Shown piece by piece: positions 53,501 through 64,000 of a DNA stretch of 64,000 nucleotides. Position 1 is the stretch's first letter; each line of letters begins with the position of its first letter. The stretch is from NCBI GenBank assembly GCA_964016885.1, contig OZ024741.1:278132001-278196000 (forward strand). The letters run 5' to 3'. The translations under genes and the position numbers were made by a program. The notes beneath the pieces are model-generated. The model saw only the letters and a list, made by a program, of their open reading frames with translations. It ran no database searches and had not been told where the DNA came from. Origin of the DNA: Eledone cirrhosa. Taxonomy: Eukaryota.

Positions 53501-55837
53501 AGAAAAATGAGTTGTATTTGTAATTCAAAAGACCAGCTTTGTTACATACTGTGTCATGCTGAATCTCCCTGACAATTGCATTAAGGGTACATATGCCTGT
53601 AGAATGCTCAGTCATTTGCATGCTAATTTCATGAACAGGATGTTCTATTGGTCAAATGATGGGACACTCGTTGTCACAATTGACAAAGATCTCTCTCTCA
53701 CTCGCGCTCTCACATGCATGCATGTATGTATGTTTATATCTTTTGTACAGTTTTTCATCTACTATATTTCATTCTCAAGGAATTCATCAACCTATGGCTA
53801 GGAGGCATTTGCACAGTGTGCTATGCAATAGGATCAAACCTGGAAACCATAGTTGTGAAATTACAAGCTTACCAATAAGAGAATAATGACAAATTCACGA
53901 AGCAATGTGTGTGTATGGGAATATTTTGTATGAAAGAGAGACAGGTTTGCTAATGATGTGAGCGAAGAATTTAGAGAGAGAGTAAGAGATGATAGCCATG
54001 ACAGGCTGTCACTAACCTGCCAGCACACCAGCAGTTGGCTGATTGCCACTGGCCACTACTGCTATGAAAGTCTGTGACCAATTTAGTGGTGGGGGCAAGG
54101 TGGTGGCACCAAGTTTTGTAACAGAAAAAGACCTCTTACTTTCAAGGACATGGCAGCCTCCCTAGTGTTTGGTAATCTACATGATAAACACACTCAGTAC
54201 ACATTGTAAAATGGTTGGTGATAGGAAGAGCATCCAGTTGTAGAAAGCTTGCCAAACAAAGAGTTGAGAAGACCCATCAGTCATATTAAGGACATGACAG
54301 CCTCTCCAGTGTTGGTGACCTACGTGATAAACACACCCAGTACACACTGTAAAGTAGTTGGTGTTAGGAAGGGCCTCCGACCATAGAAAGCTTGCCAAAC
54401 AAAGGGTTGGGAGGACCCTCAGTTGTGACAACGACATGACCACCTCTCTTATGCATGACTGTACATGGCTTGTCCCTGGCTTGAGGTCAGTAGCTACCAC
54501 TTCAGTACTAACTTGGTCTATGTAGACCCATCCAACCCTTGTTAGCAGGGAAAGCAGACGTTAAAATGACGATGGTGGTGATGATATGATTATCATACTA
54601 TATATTGATCTGGTAATATTTTCATAAGCTATTGTATAAAATAAAAGAAACTATCGAAAACCTATATGTTTTTTCTCTTACAATTAAATTCATTATTGTT
54701 GTTTTGTAGTACCTGGAGTAAAACCAAAGAAAAATAAATATGCTGTATGTCAAAGGCTTACGAGGTTTGTTTCGATTAATTTTCAACACCTTTTAAATGT
54801 CATTCAATAAATATAGATGACTACATTTACAAAATGATGTTATTTCACTGTTTTTCAGTATTTATGCAAATATAGTGAAGGTGATTGGCTTAGTGGTTAG
54901 GGAGTTGGATTAAAAATTGTGAGGTCTGTTCTATTTCCAGACTGGGTGATGCATTATGTCCTCGAGCAAGACACTTTATTCCATGTTGCTCCCTCTGCCA
55001 GGAGTTGCAATTGGTGGATAGTATTAGCAATTGGAAAAAACAATGGAAACATTGTTTCCTAGGTTCGATCTGACAAGTTCCACCCCACTCAGCAAGTGAA
55101 TGAGGCCTGTTGTTCCTTAAAAAAAAAAGAAAGGCAAATATAGTTAACTGCTTAAAGTTAACTAGCTGACCCCCTGGAAATACCATGGTTTATTTAGAAA
55201 CAACCACCAAATGGTATTTAACGTGTTTTGTTTTTAAGTTATATCGCACAAGAGCAGTTTTAAAAAATCCAGTAATTCAGTCTGTGGGTGATCCACAAGT
55301 GATTGATGGGCGATCCATAGGGTAAACAGAGTACCAAGGTGCCAGGTAGCTTTCATCATTATCATCGTTTAATATCCATCTTCCATGCTAGCATGGGTAG
55401 GACTTTTCTAGGTTTGAATTAGGAGTGTTGCATACAAACTTTCTTTTCAACCTGGCTGTAACCGGCCATTCATACCGACGTTAAGGTATTGTTCTCAAAA
55501 TAAATATCAAAATCTCATGAAAGGGTAATGAAAGGGTTAAATTCCTTGTTGTTAATGTTGTTACTGAGTCAAAACTGTATTTCATAATAAATATGGTAAT
55601 GACTATAATAAATATGGTAATGAAATGGTCTAAACACTTGGTGTTGTTGTTACTGATCCGAAGCTGTGTTTATACTTGTATTTCTGTATTTCTTTTTGCA
55701 GTTTTATTCGCTATCTTGACTACATCATTGTTTGTGCTCTACGCCAACTTATCATTGATGCTGTACGAAGTCTACTTGCTCATTTCACTGAATTATTAAA
55801 CAGTTCTCCTTCTTTTGCAAAAATAATCAATAAAAAG
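44296..55837 (+). CDS. DNAH6: Axonemal dynein heavy chain 6-like, N-terminal part (10 coding exons, about 447 aa; continues beyond the window)
   Basis: AG/GT-bounded exons with compatible phases: 44270(ATG 44296)-44505, 45177-45335, 45702-45816, 47778-47901, 49730-49877, 51440-51562, 51969-52103, 52580-52715, 54710-54764, 55702-55837. Peptides LEPLPCLK, FLYLAHTVP..YNLKVV, YSTIS, FQMWKPFKLWHKNIR, NLYILNP, GFVPDDC and CQRLTSFIRYLDY match my recollection of the vertebrate DNAH6 N-terminus in order. Confidence 0.85.
45177..45335 (+). CDS. DNAH6: DNAH6-like coding exon 2 (PCLKQHQEK...VIPT)
   Basis: TTTTATTCCAG| ... |GTGAGT; 159 nt, open. Confidence 0.78.
45702..45816 (+). CDS. DNAH6: DNAH6-like coding exon 3 (TAKGKKR...NSFT)
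   Basis: TTCTCTGTTTTGAAG| ... CAG|GTAAGT; phase 0 to 1. Confidence 0.65.
46380..46990 (+). pseudogene. Decayed RTE-type LINE 3' fragment (third family), intronic
   Basis: VEKLKYL, VFVPTITYSHESWV, AAEMGFLR and TGRRPKGR..RWLD, with stops. Confidence 0.75.
47778..47901 (+). CDS. DNAH6: DNAH6-like coding exon 4 (KRDMNEVIK...YYNL)
   Basis: AATCTAG| ... AA|GTGAGT; phase 1 to 2. Confidence 0.82.
49390..49661. repeat. (TG)-rich minisatellite, unit of about 30 bp TGTGTGTGTATGCCTCTGTGTATATATGYC
   Basis: Seen directly. Confidence 0.9.
49730..49877 (+). CDS. DNAH6: DNAH6-like coding exon 5 (VVHYVDID...QIRK)
   Basis: CTTCAACAG| ... AAG|GTAAGG; phase 2 to 0. Confidence 0.85.
50270..50590 (+). pseudogene. 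Tc1/mariner-superfamily transposase C-terminal remnant
   Basis: QDEVSPRF (QDGAPPH-like) ... EWPTRSPNLMACHFFL*RWMK (WPxRSPDLxPxDF-like). A TA-CAGGGTGTTTCA TIR-like motif lies at about 50747. Confidence 0.6.
51440..51562 (+). CDS. DNAH6: DNAH6-like coding exon 6 (TRFFAQFQMWK...ILNP)
   Basis: CCTTACAG| ... |GTAAGA; 123 nt. Confidence 0.87.
51969..52103 (+). CDS. DNAH6: DNAH6-like coding exon 7 (MLTLTILKIKEMC...QAAT)
   Basis: TTTTTCAG| ... |GTAAGT; 135 nt. Confidence 0.85.
52580..52715 (+). CDS. DNAH6: DNAH6-like coding exon 8 (VLKHLQTFR...GFVPDDC...SLT)
   Basis: TTTCTTCAAG| ... CAG|GTTCAA (weak donor); phase 0 to 1. Confidence 0.8.
54170..54582 (+). mobile_element. SINE-like repeat with tandem TTGGTGTTAGGAAGGGC modules and RTE-type 3' tail
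   Basis: Two modules of about 147 bp, then GACCCATCCAACCCTTGTTAGCAGGGAAAGCAGACGTTAAAATGAC, matching the RTE tail at 10032-10080. Confidence 0.65.
54710..54764 (+). CDS. DNAH6: DNAH6-like coding exon 9 (PGVKPKKNKYAVCQRLT)
   Basis: GTTTTGTAG| ... AG|GTTTGT; phase 1 to 2. Confidence 0.75.
55702..55837 (+). CDS. DNAH6: DNAH6-like coding exon 10 (FIRYLDYII...IINKK)
   Basis: CTTTTTGCAG| ... AAG|GTAAGA; phase 2 to 0. Confidence 0.87.
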
Positions 55838-57488
55838 GTAAGATATCACTGTTCTCAATATTTTACCTCCTTCCCTGTCAGATTACCCCCTCCCAAGGCA
55901 GATTTGGTAGACAGTTGGATAGAATCTTTGTTTCCCAAGCACGGAGTGCTTATCCCAGTTTTATCGGCATTAAGCAACTGAGAGTACAAGAGTCCCTTCA
56001 GTACAGGATGCCAGTCCATTGCAAGGTTAACTCCCTGGTACTCATTTTTCAGCTGAGTGTACTGGAGCCAGATGAATTGAAGTGTTTTGCTCTAGATCAC
56101 AATACACTGCCCAAGTCCAGGAACCAAAACCATGACATTATGATCGTAAGTCTAACACCCTAACCACTAGGTCAGTCAGCTTCGCCATCAGATAAAATGT
56201 CTTTGTAGTATTTGATCTGGCTTTTTGCATTCTGAGTTCAAATCTTGCTGAGATCAACTTTGCCTTTCATCCTTCATTACCAGTCAAATATTGAAATTGA
56301 TTTAATCAACTTTGCCCTTTCTCCAAAATTTACTGGTCTCATGCCTGAATTAGAAATCCATATATTCTTTCTCCTTCTCTTTTTATTTATTCCCTCCCCT
56401 CCTCTTCCCTCTTTTCTCCTTCTCTTCTTGTTTCATCAGCATCATCATCATTTAAACATCCACTTTCCCTACTAGCAAGGGTTGGATGGGTCTACATAGA
56501 TCAAGTCAGTACTGAAGTAGTGACTACTGATCTCTCAGATAAGCCAGGGATCTGTCGTTTTGCTTATGTATGGTCTCACATTCCACCAAGTGCACAGCGG
56601 AGATTGTCATGACTGACACAACTGAGGATCTTCCCACCCCTTTGTTTGGCAAGCTTGTAAATATACATATACAACTAAATATAAAATTGACTCTGCTGTG
56701 TAATGTTGGTTATTTATTTTTCAGAAAACTTATTTTAGCCATGAAGGGATTGAATTAGTTAGTCAAGAGGCAGAGGATGAGAGTAGGGTGTTACATCCTT
56801 TATTTAGGACTGACTTGCTTCTTAAAATTGACCGCATTGCATTTCAACCTGACCTTAAGGGTTTTCGTGACTTTCTGCACCAAGTCTTTGGAAAATACCA
56901 AGATACTGCATTGGCAGTACCAAATTTACTACCTGATGACTATTTCAATGCTTTTACTCGGTAAGAGATATGTATTTATAATCTCAATTGAAAAAAGACT
57001 GTTAAAACACATTTTTTTAAAAAGAGTCTACTTGATCTTTAGATATATTTAAAATCTCAGTTATGAAAGAGCAGGGTTAAAACCACTGGTGTATTGCTGG
57101 GGGTGTGTGGGAGTGCAGTTGAACCTCCAAAAAGTTGTCAGAAAATTTGGTTTTGTTGGAAAATTCTTAAATTTTCAAAAAACATTCTATACTTTGCTCT
57201 TTTATACAAAGCAATGAAATATGTACAATACAATCTATCTATCTATCTATATACTACTCAATCTAGCTGTCGTCTGTTCTACAGTGTGGATGTCATTCAC
57301 TTCGCACAGAAGTTTTGTTCAAATTTATTGAGGAAATTTTGTGAGTTCAAACTTAATTTTGATACAATTGTGTAGCTTGACCCTCCGTCTGAACTGTCAG
57401 GCGGTGGGTCAGCTCATCTTTACCCCTCCTAGAGGTGAAAAACCTGTTTTAAAAATTTTGTGTAAAAAATTTCAATCGTCTAACAGAA

Positions 57489-59382
57489 ATGTTAAACGCA
57501 GCGAACGAAAATAGTGGTGGGGGGACAGCGGTAAGAGTTGTAAGCTCGCACGCTTTAGTCCCCCCTTCCTTCCCAACTAACGTCATAGAGAAGGAAGGAA
57601 AAATTAAAATAAAAACAGACGAATCTGCGGAGAAAAAAAATGACGAAAACACAAATCTGGACATGGATTCCAACAACGAAAAAAAAAAATTTGAAAAATT
57701 GCATGACAATACTAATAACACAAACAAAGACACAACAAACACAAAAATAACATTTGAAAACATAACAGAAAGCAAAGCAGACGACAAGATTTCATTTGCA
57801 CAGAAAACAAAGAAATCTTTGACTTATATAGCGGAAAATATTTCAGATGTGGCACGAAGGATCACAGACGCCAAACAATACATAAGTGAAGGAGAGAATG
57901 GTATTTTATCAGTAAAAATGCCTCAAGAATTCACTAAAGACATTGAAAGCCGAACGGTCAAGTTTCGGACCATCAACAACAGTAAAAAAAAACCTGAACA
58001 GCCTTCTCAAGCAGATATCAAAACAGTACTCACAGAAGTACTTAATGAAACCACTTTCGTAAGAAAAGACAGACTGTATGGAAGCCTAGCAATTATCATG
58101 AAGAACGAATCGGCGGCAAAAAAATGTGCTTTGTCACCGATTCGTTCGAAAAAATTTCACCTTTTATCCATCTTATATGGGGAAAAGAACTCAACGCATA
58201 TGGCTGGATGCAATGATGCCAGATGTGGACTACTGCTGGCTCATAGCTAGCTTCATCGATCCAGTGAATGACAACGTGATTTCCATTGGGAAAACCACAG
58301 GCAATGCGTTCAGTGGAACAGGTATAGAGCTGGTAGTGCAAATGAAACCTGAACGCATCGCCCAAATACCCGACAGAATCCTATTAGAGGACCACGGGTA
58401 TATAAACATTAGCGTGGAGGGGAGAAGGCCGTCCTGCCATATCTGTGCAGGCAGAGGGCACCTGAAGGCCGCTTGTCCCCAACTCAACAAAAAGAAAACC
58501 CTGCTACCAACACCAGCTCCACCACCACCACCACAACAGATAAACAAACAACAAAACTCAGTCCCACCCAACCCGTCCCTCAGTAAAACCACAACACCAC
58601 CACAACACAAACAGTCACAACACATTACCCCAAAACAAAATACAGGCCCACCCAACCTCTCACTCAATAAAACAACACAACCACCGCAGACACAACACAC
58701 AACACAGTCTAACATAGTGACATCCATCTCCCCCACAAAGAAAACCAACACGGAAACATTACCAGCAAACATACCTCTTCCCTCCAACACTGAAGATAAC
58801 CCAACGAATTCGGAGGAAGAAACGGAGTCCTTCAGACAGATTAAAAGGAAAAAAAGAAAACATGTGCAAAACACACAAGGCCAAACAACCCCCACCCAAA
58901 TGTCAACACAATCCAACAAAACAGGAAACACCCCTCCAGCAACAAACAAAACCAAACCTGCCCCTCCCCTCTTCGAAACACTCACACCATCCGAAAAAAA
59001 GACATTACACTATACTTACATCAACAGAAACAATAATAAATTAAATGAACTCATATACAATAATCCTTCGGTACAAACCGAAGGTGTAAACTTTGTTTCG
59101 TCAGAAAACTACCCACATTTAAAATTAATAAAGATCCCAATGAACCTCTACCAAAAACTAAAAAAGGATTTTAAGGAGGACGTAGGACCACCCTCTGTCA
59201 AACCCATAAACCGCGTCCTACTAAAAAGCTTTCCCCCTCCCCTTCCCCTCCCCAACACAACTCCAAACACCCCAACCCCACCACACACTGACGACCCCAC
59301 ACCACCACAAGACACCCCTTCACCCAACACCCCCGACCACATGGAAGTCGTGCAACCCGAACCCTGGGAAGCGGAAAGGTAG
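57489..59382 (+). CDS. ORF1 (gag-like, CCHC knuckle CHICAGRGHLKAAC, Pro/Thr-rich tail), one frameshift at about 58161-58165
   Basis: Two overlapping ORFs join into HLYPSYMGKR if one T is removed from the T run. Confidence 0.8.
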
Positions 59383-59415
59383 GTCTCTACACTCTCCTTT
59401 GGCTCTGCCGCCCAC

Positions 59416-62400
59416 ATGGATGTGTTAAGAGTAGGATGTTTGAATGCACGTGGCCTGGGCTCAACTTGGAAGCAAGCAAAGCTTTTAAATGACCTCAGGT
59501 CATGTAGTATAAATGTAATGGTTATCTGTGAGACTCGAATCAGCGTCGTGCGGCAGCTGGCCCCCACCTTCGATGACTTTGAGGTGCATGCATCTCTCTG
59601 TCAACCTGGAGGTGGGGGTGGGGTTGTCGTACTGCTGCAAAAACACCTGGGTCTTGCCGTACAGGTTGTGCACTCGGACCCGGAGGGTCGTTTGTTGGTG
59701 CTAGACGTTGGCAGTAGTGAAAGTGCGGCCTTGAGACTGGTCGCCGTCTACTCCCCTTTCGGAGCTGAACGGCCCGACTTCTTCCAGCGTTTGGAGACTT
59801 TTCTGGGAACGTCGCGTTCCCTGCTTCTAGCGGGGGATTGGAATGACATCCTGGATGCACGTTGGGACTATGCAGGAGCATGTCCTAATAGAGGGGGGTG
59901 TAACAGCCTCAAGGGGTTACTCGACCGTTTTAACTTGGTCGATAGATATCGACTAGATTTTCCAACTGTGCCTACCTGGACTTGGAGAAACCACAGTGGT
60001 CAATCTAGATCGTACTTAGATAGATTCTTAGTTAGAAGTAAGGATAGGGACATATTAAGCTGTCCAGAAATGCACACGGTTGGCTACACGGATCACAAAT
60101 TAGTGACCTGCGTGGTCAATCTCGAGAAAACACATAGACAGGGTCCCGGTTACTGGAAACTTAATTTGTCTTTACCGGCAAAAGAGACTTACAGAAACCG
60201 GATTAGCAGATTAGTTAAGGAGAGGTTGACGGGTGCAATCATCAACAACCGATGGTGGGCATCTCTTAAAAGAGAGATTAGAACAGAATCAATAAGTTAT
60301 AGCAAGATGTTAGCTGCCGATAGGAATAGAAACGAGAAAGAATTAACAGGTAAATTAGAAGAGGCAATCAAGAGCGAAGATGTGGCCAGAGTGCTGGCAT
60401 CGAGGACGGCCTTGAACCAGTTTTTCGATGCAAAGCACGAAGGCTGCGTCATTCGAAGTAAAATACGTGCTCTAGGTAATGAGGGGGCCAAAGCCGTTGG
60501 ATGGGCCCGCGTGACAGAAGCTAAGAGTGGAAATCGATCCACCATCCGGTCGTTGCAAGACGAAGATGGACGGGTGATCCGGGAGCCTAAGCAGATGTGC
60601 GAGGCCTTTCAAAGGCACTTTGCCCGATTGTTCGAGGGAGGCGAGGGTCCAGGCGGGGGCGTGGATTTCGGTCCATACCTCGACGGCCTGCCGCGTCTCT
60701 CGAGCGAAGAGGCAGAGTCCTGCGAGGGACCAATCTCGGCTGATGAGATCGGAGATGCGCTGAGCCAATGCAGCAGACGCAAATCTCCAGGTCTCGATGG
60801 TATACCTTACGAACTTTATTTAGCAATGCCGGTCTTCTTCTCCGAACTCCTCGAAGCGGTCTACTGCAATTGGCAGCAGAACGGGAGAATTCCTTGTTCT
60901 GTAGCCAAGGGCGTAGTCACGCTGGTGAGGAAGGACGAGAACAAGGGGGATAGTATAAATAATTTTCGGCCCATAACCCTACTAAACACAGAGTTAAAGA
61001 TTTTGGCCAAGGTGTTAGCAAAGAGGTTGGCGCTTGTCGTGGGTGGCCTGGTGGGAGATGCGCAGACATGTGCTATCCCATCCAGGTCCATTCACGAAAA
61101 CCTCCACCTCATGCGATACATCATAGAGAGGGTTGGCAACAAACCCGGCTTCGGTGGGGCCCTGATCAACTTGGATCAGTCTAAGGCCTTCGATAGGGTC
61201 GACCATGGTTACCTGGATGCGGTGCTAGCGGCGGCTGGGTTCGGTCCTGTTTTCAGAGGCTGGATAACTGCCTTACATAGCAACCACATCTGTTCTAGGA
61301 TCAAGGTGAACGGCTACCTTTCGAAGCCGTTCGAAATCACACGATCCATTCGACAGGGGTGCCCTCTCTCCTCCCTTCTGTACGTATTGACTCTCGAGCC
61401 TTTACTGAGGAAGTTGGAGTTGTTGCAGGGTATCCCCCTGGAACCAGGATTGAGCAAAGCGGTGTCGGCCTATGCCGATGACGTAACAGTAATGGTATCG
61501 ACCGACTCGGAGATCGAGGCGATCGGTACCTTACTGGAGAAGTACGAAAGGTTGTCAGGAACGAAACTGAACCGGAAAAATCCATCGGGCTGCAACTCGG
61601 AACGTGGAGAGGCAGACCGATGCCTCCTGACAGTGTCGTCGGACACTGGACGGAGGGCCCGGTAAAGTTGCTTGGGGTCTGGTTTGGACCAGACCTCCAG
61701 GTGGAAAAGAACTGGAACAAGGTTACGAACAAGGTGTTTGCACTAACCCAGAAATGGGCCAAGTGTAAGCTGTCCCTAAAAGGCCGGGCGGAGGTGGCGA
61801 ACATTTACATAGCGTCCGTCACTTACTACCGCCTGACTGTCGTGCCTTGCCCTAAGGAAACACTCACCACCATGGAACGCATGCTCTTCCAATTTCTTTG
61901 GAAGAAGCGCCCTCCTATGGTGAGAAGATCCATCTGCTGCCAACAACCTTCGAAAGGAGGGCTGGGGATGCCGTGTTTGATGATGCGTAGGCACGCATTA
62001 AGGCTACGGCACCTACAGGTATTCCTCACTAGTCAACCGATGTGGGCTCCGTTCGTGAAACAAGCCTTTCCGAGACTCGTCTCGCTCACCGAGCTACAGT
62101 CCTGGGTCAAGCAAAGATCCGGAAAACTGGGAGACTGGCACACTGAGTGTGCTCAGGCGCTCAGGGCTCTCTGGCAAGCGGGCCAGGCCATCGGTGGAGA
62201 ATCCACCTCATCATTCTATAGAGGGCTGGTGGCTAGCAGGGGCGATGACACCCTTGGAGAGTCGCTGGACATGGAAGAAGACGAACTGGCCAGCCTGTTC
62301 GGTAGGACTTTCGGCCCAGGACCAATGGACAACTTCCAGAAGTCACTGGCCTGGCAGTGCTACCGGGGGGCTCTACCCGTTCGAGAGAGGCTCTACAGAC

Positions 62401-62852
62401 AAGGGCGCCCGGGCAGGGATCCCTCAAAAAAGATTTGCCCTAGATGCGTGCGTCACGAAGAAACCGTTGCGCACGCATTGGTGCAATGTCCGGGCGTGGC
62501 TGATCTGTGGGGCTACGCCGAACGACTGCTGTCGCGGGTGGCGCCGATTAAATTGACCGCCGAGTCCGTGATGACAATCAAACCGCCTCCCCTCTTCACA
62601 AAGGAAGCAAAGGCGTTTTTTCTGTGCGTAATAGCCATGTTGAAAGAGGTTGTTTGGTGGACACGATTGAAAGGTCTGAGGTCAGGCAACTTCCTCTCTG
62701 GCCATAGTCTGGTCTACTTCTTCCGATATCACTTCGGAAGAAGGATAAGAATGGAGAGAGAGGTGCTTGGCCACAGGCAGTTTTATGAAAGGTGGGTGAT
62801 AGTAGCGAGAATGGCTCGTGTAAATGGGCCTTCTCTGTATACCATCCTGTAG
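59416..62852 (+). CDS. ORF2 (AP endonuclease, RT, C-terminal Cys/His finger), one frameshift at about 61575-61580
   Basis: LNARGL, ICET, VYSP, AGDWN, YLDRF, TDH; SPGLDG, NFRPITLLN, DQSKAFDRV, RQGCPLS, AYADD; GGLGMP, CPRC..ETVAHALVQC. Confidence 0.88.
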
Positions 62853-63071
62853 GTAAAGAAGTAAAGGAGAGGGGAGCACCTTCTCCATGTGCTCCCCGGG
62901 CAAAGGATTGCACACTTTTTTGGGGGTGTGTGCAATCCCCATCACGTCCCCTCCCTTTTGAGGTTATTTTCGATTATTTTCATGTTACACCCTTTTTACT
63001 CGATTATATGTAAACTCCCCCTTTGTATTTGTCCCTTCTTTTTATGCCTTTATGGTAAATAAAGAAATCTA

Positions 63072-63444
63072 TCTATATACTACTAAAACTCTGTGATTGC
63101 TTGCTTGTCTGTAATGTAATACAGCCAAAAGGGTGCATAATGGGAAAATATTTTGAACGGAAGTTGACCCTGAAATGGGAATACAAATGGAATAAAACAA
63201 GTTTCGCATAAATCAAAGCACTGACTCCCGAGATATGGGGTTTTCTGGGTACCTTCATAAACAGAGAGAGAGAGAAAGAGATAGTAGATTGAAAGAGAGA
63301 CATAGAGAGAGGGAGAGGAGACAGAGAAGGAGAATGGATGAGAGAAAGCTGGTGGTGTTGTGTATATAAATGTGTGTGTGTATATGTGTGTGTGTGTCTA
63401 TGACCACTGTATATAGATCACAGACACCCACATATATATATATA

Positions 63445-63504
<60 letters not shown>

Positions 63505-63835
63505 CGCACACGTTTCATTTCAGACGAGTGGTCTAGTATATTACTAAAACTCTACGATTACTTGCTTGCTTGTCTGTAATGTAATACAGCCAAAAGGGTG
63601 CATAATGGGAAAATATTTTGAAAGGGAGTTGACCCTGAAATGGGAATACAAATGGAATAAAACAAGTTTCATGTAAATCAAAGCACGGGTTCTCGAGATA
63701 CGGGTACCTTCATAAATAGAGAGAAAGAGATAGTGTTTGTGAGAGAGTAGATTGAAAGAGAGAAGGAGACAGAGAATGGAATAGAGAGAGAGAGAGAGAG
63801 AGAGAGCTGGTGGTGTTGTGTGTGTATATATATAT
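63072..63835 (+). repeat. Two tandem copies of about 460 bp of a Helitron-like 5' terminal region
   Basis: TCTATATACTACTAAAACTC... at 63072 and TCTAGTATATTACTAAAACTC... at 63532 share TTGCTTGTCTGTAATGTAATACAGCCAAAAGGGTGC.... The Helitron identity is inferred from the TC-TATA..AAAA start only. Confidence 0.6.
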
Positions 63836-63839
63836 ATAT

Positions 63840-64000
63840 GAGATCTTTGGCGCTACGCAGTAATACAGAAGACCCGCCTTGCCTATGTACAAAGCGAAAC
63901 CTACAGTCAGTAGGCACCTCCTAACCAAAAATACACCCCCACCAACACCACCCCTTTCTTTGTAAAGTTATGTTGGTACCACAACATCCAGTCCTAAATA
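63840..64000 (+). mobile_element. RTE family A 3' fragment (runs off the window)
   Basis: Homologous to 5314-5465 (AGATCTTTGGCG...GAAGACCCGCCTTGCC...GTAAAGTTATGTTGGT). Confidence 0.8.

Larger units (their letters stand above)
57259..63066 (+). mobile_element. Full-length Tx1/L1-type LINE in a DNAH6 intron, 18-bp TSD
   Basis: TSD ATCTATCTATATACTACT at 57241-57258 and 63067-63084. It has a 5' UTR, ORF1, ORF2 and a 3' UTR ending AATAAAGAA. Confidence 0.92.

Noticed and set aside
58230-58985. 251-aa antisense ORF in Tx1 ORF1, and other antisense ORFs within LINEs
   Set aside because: These are shadow frames of A/C-rich coding sequence with no domain motifs.

Overview
This is eukaryotic, AT-rich, repeat-saturated animal DNA. 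The repeat inventory suggests a coleoid cephalopod such as Octopus, which is an inference and not shown by the sequence. Positions 1-15 kb are a compound (TA)n/(TACA)n/(TACACA)n microsatellite field holding 5'-truncated RTE LINEs, each with a C4HC3 PHD-like finger inside the RT, plus an R4/Dong-like RLE LINE flanked by (TACA)n. Positions 15-44 kb carry a candidate non-autonomous Helitron, five CRE-like RLE-LINE pieces and many tRNA-derived SINEs. They also carry a young non-autonomous Gypsy-type LTR element with a PBS array and permuted pol remnants, and a near-intact Penelope-like (Naiad-type) element with three copies of a type I hammerhead ribozyme; a further solo hammerhead lies next to it. 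Positions 44.3-55.8 kb contain ten phase-compatible coding exons for the N-terminus of an axonemal dynein heavy chain (DNAH6-like). Its next intron holds a full-length Tx1/L1-type LINE with an 18-bp TSD. The long Y/I/H/T/M/C/V-rich ORFs in the track are microsatellite artefacts. Boundaries of degenerate repeats are approximate and were read by eye.
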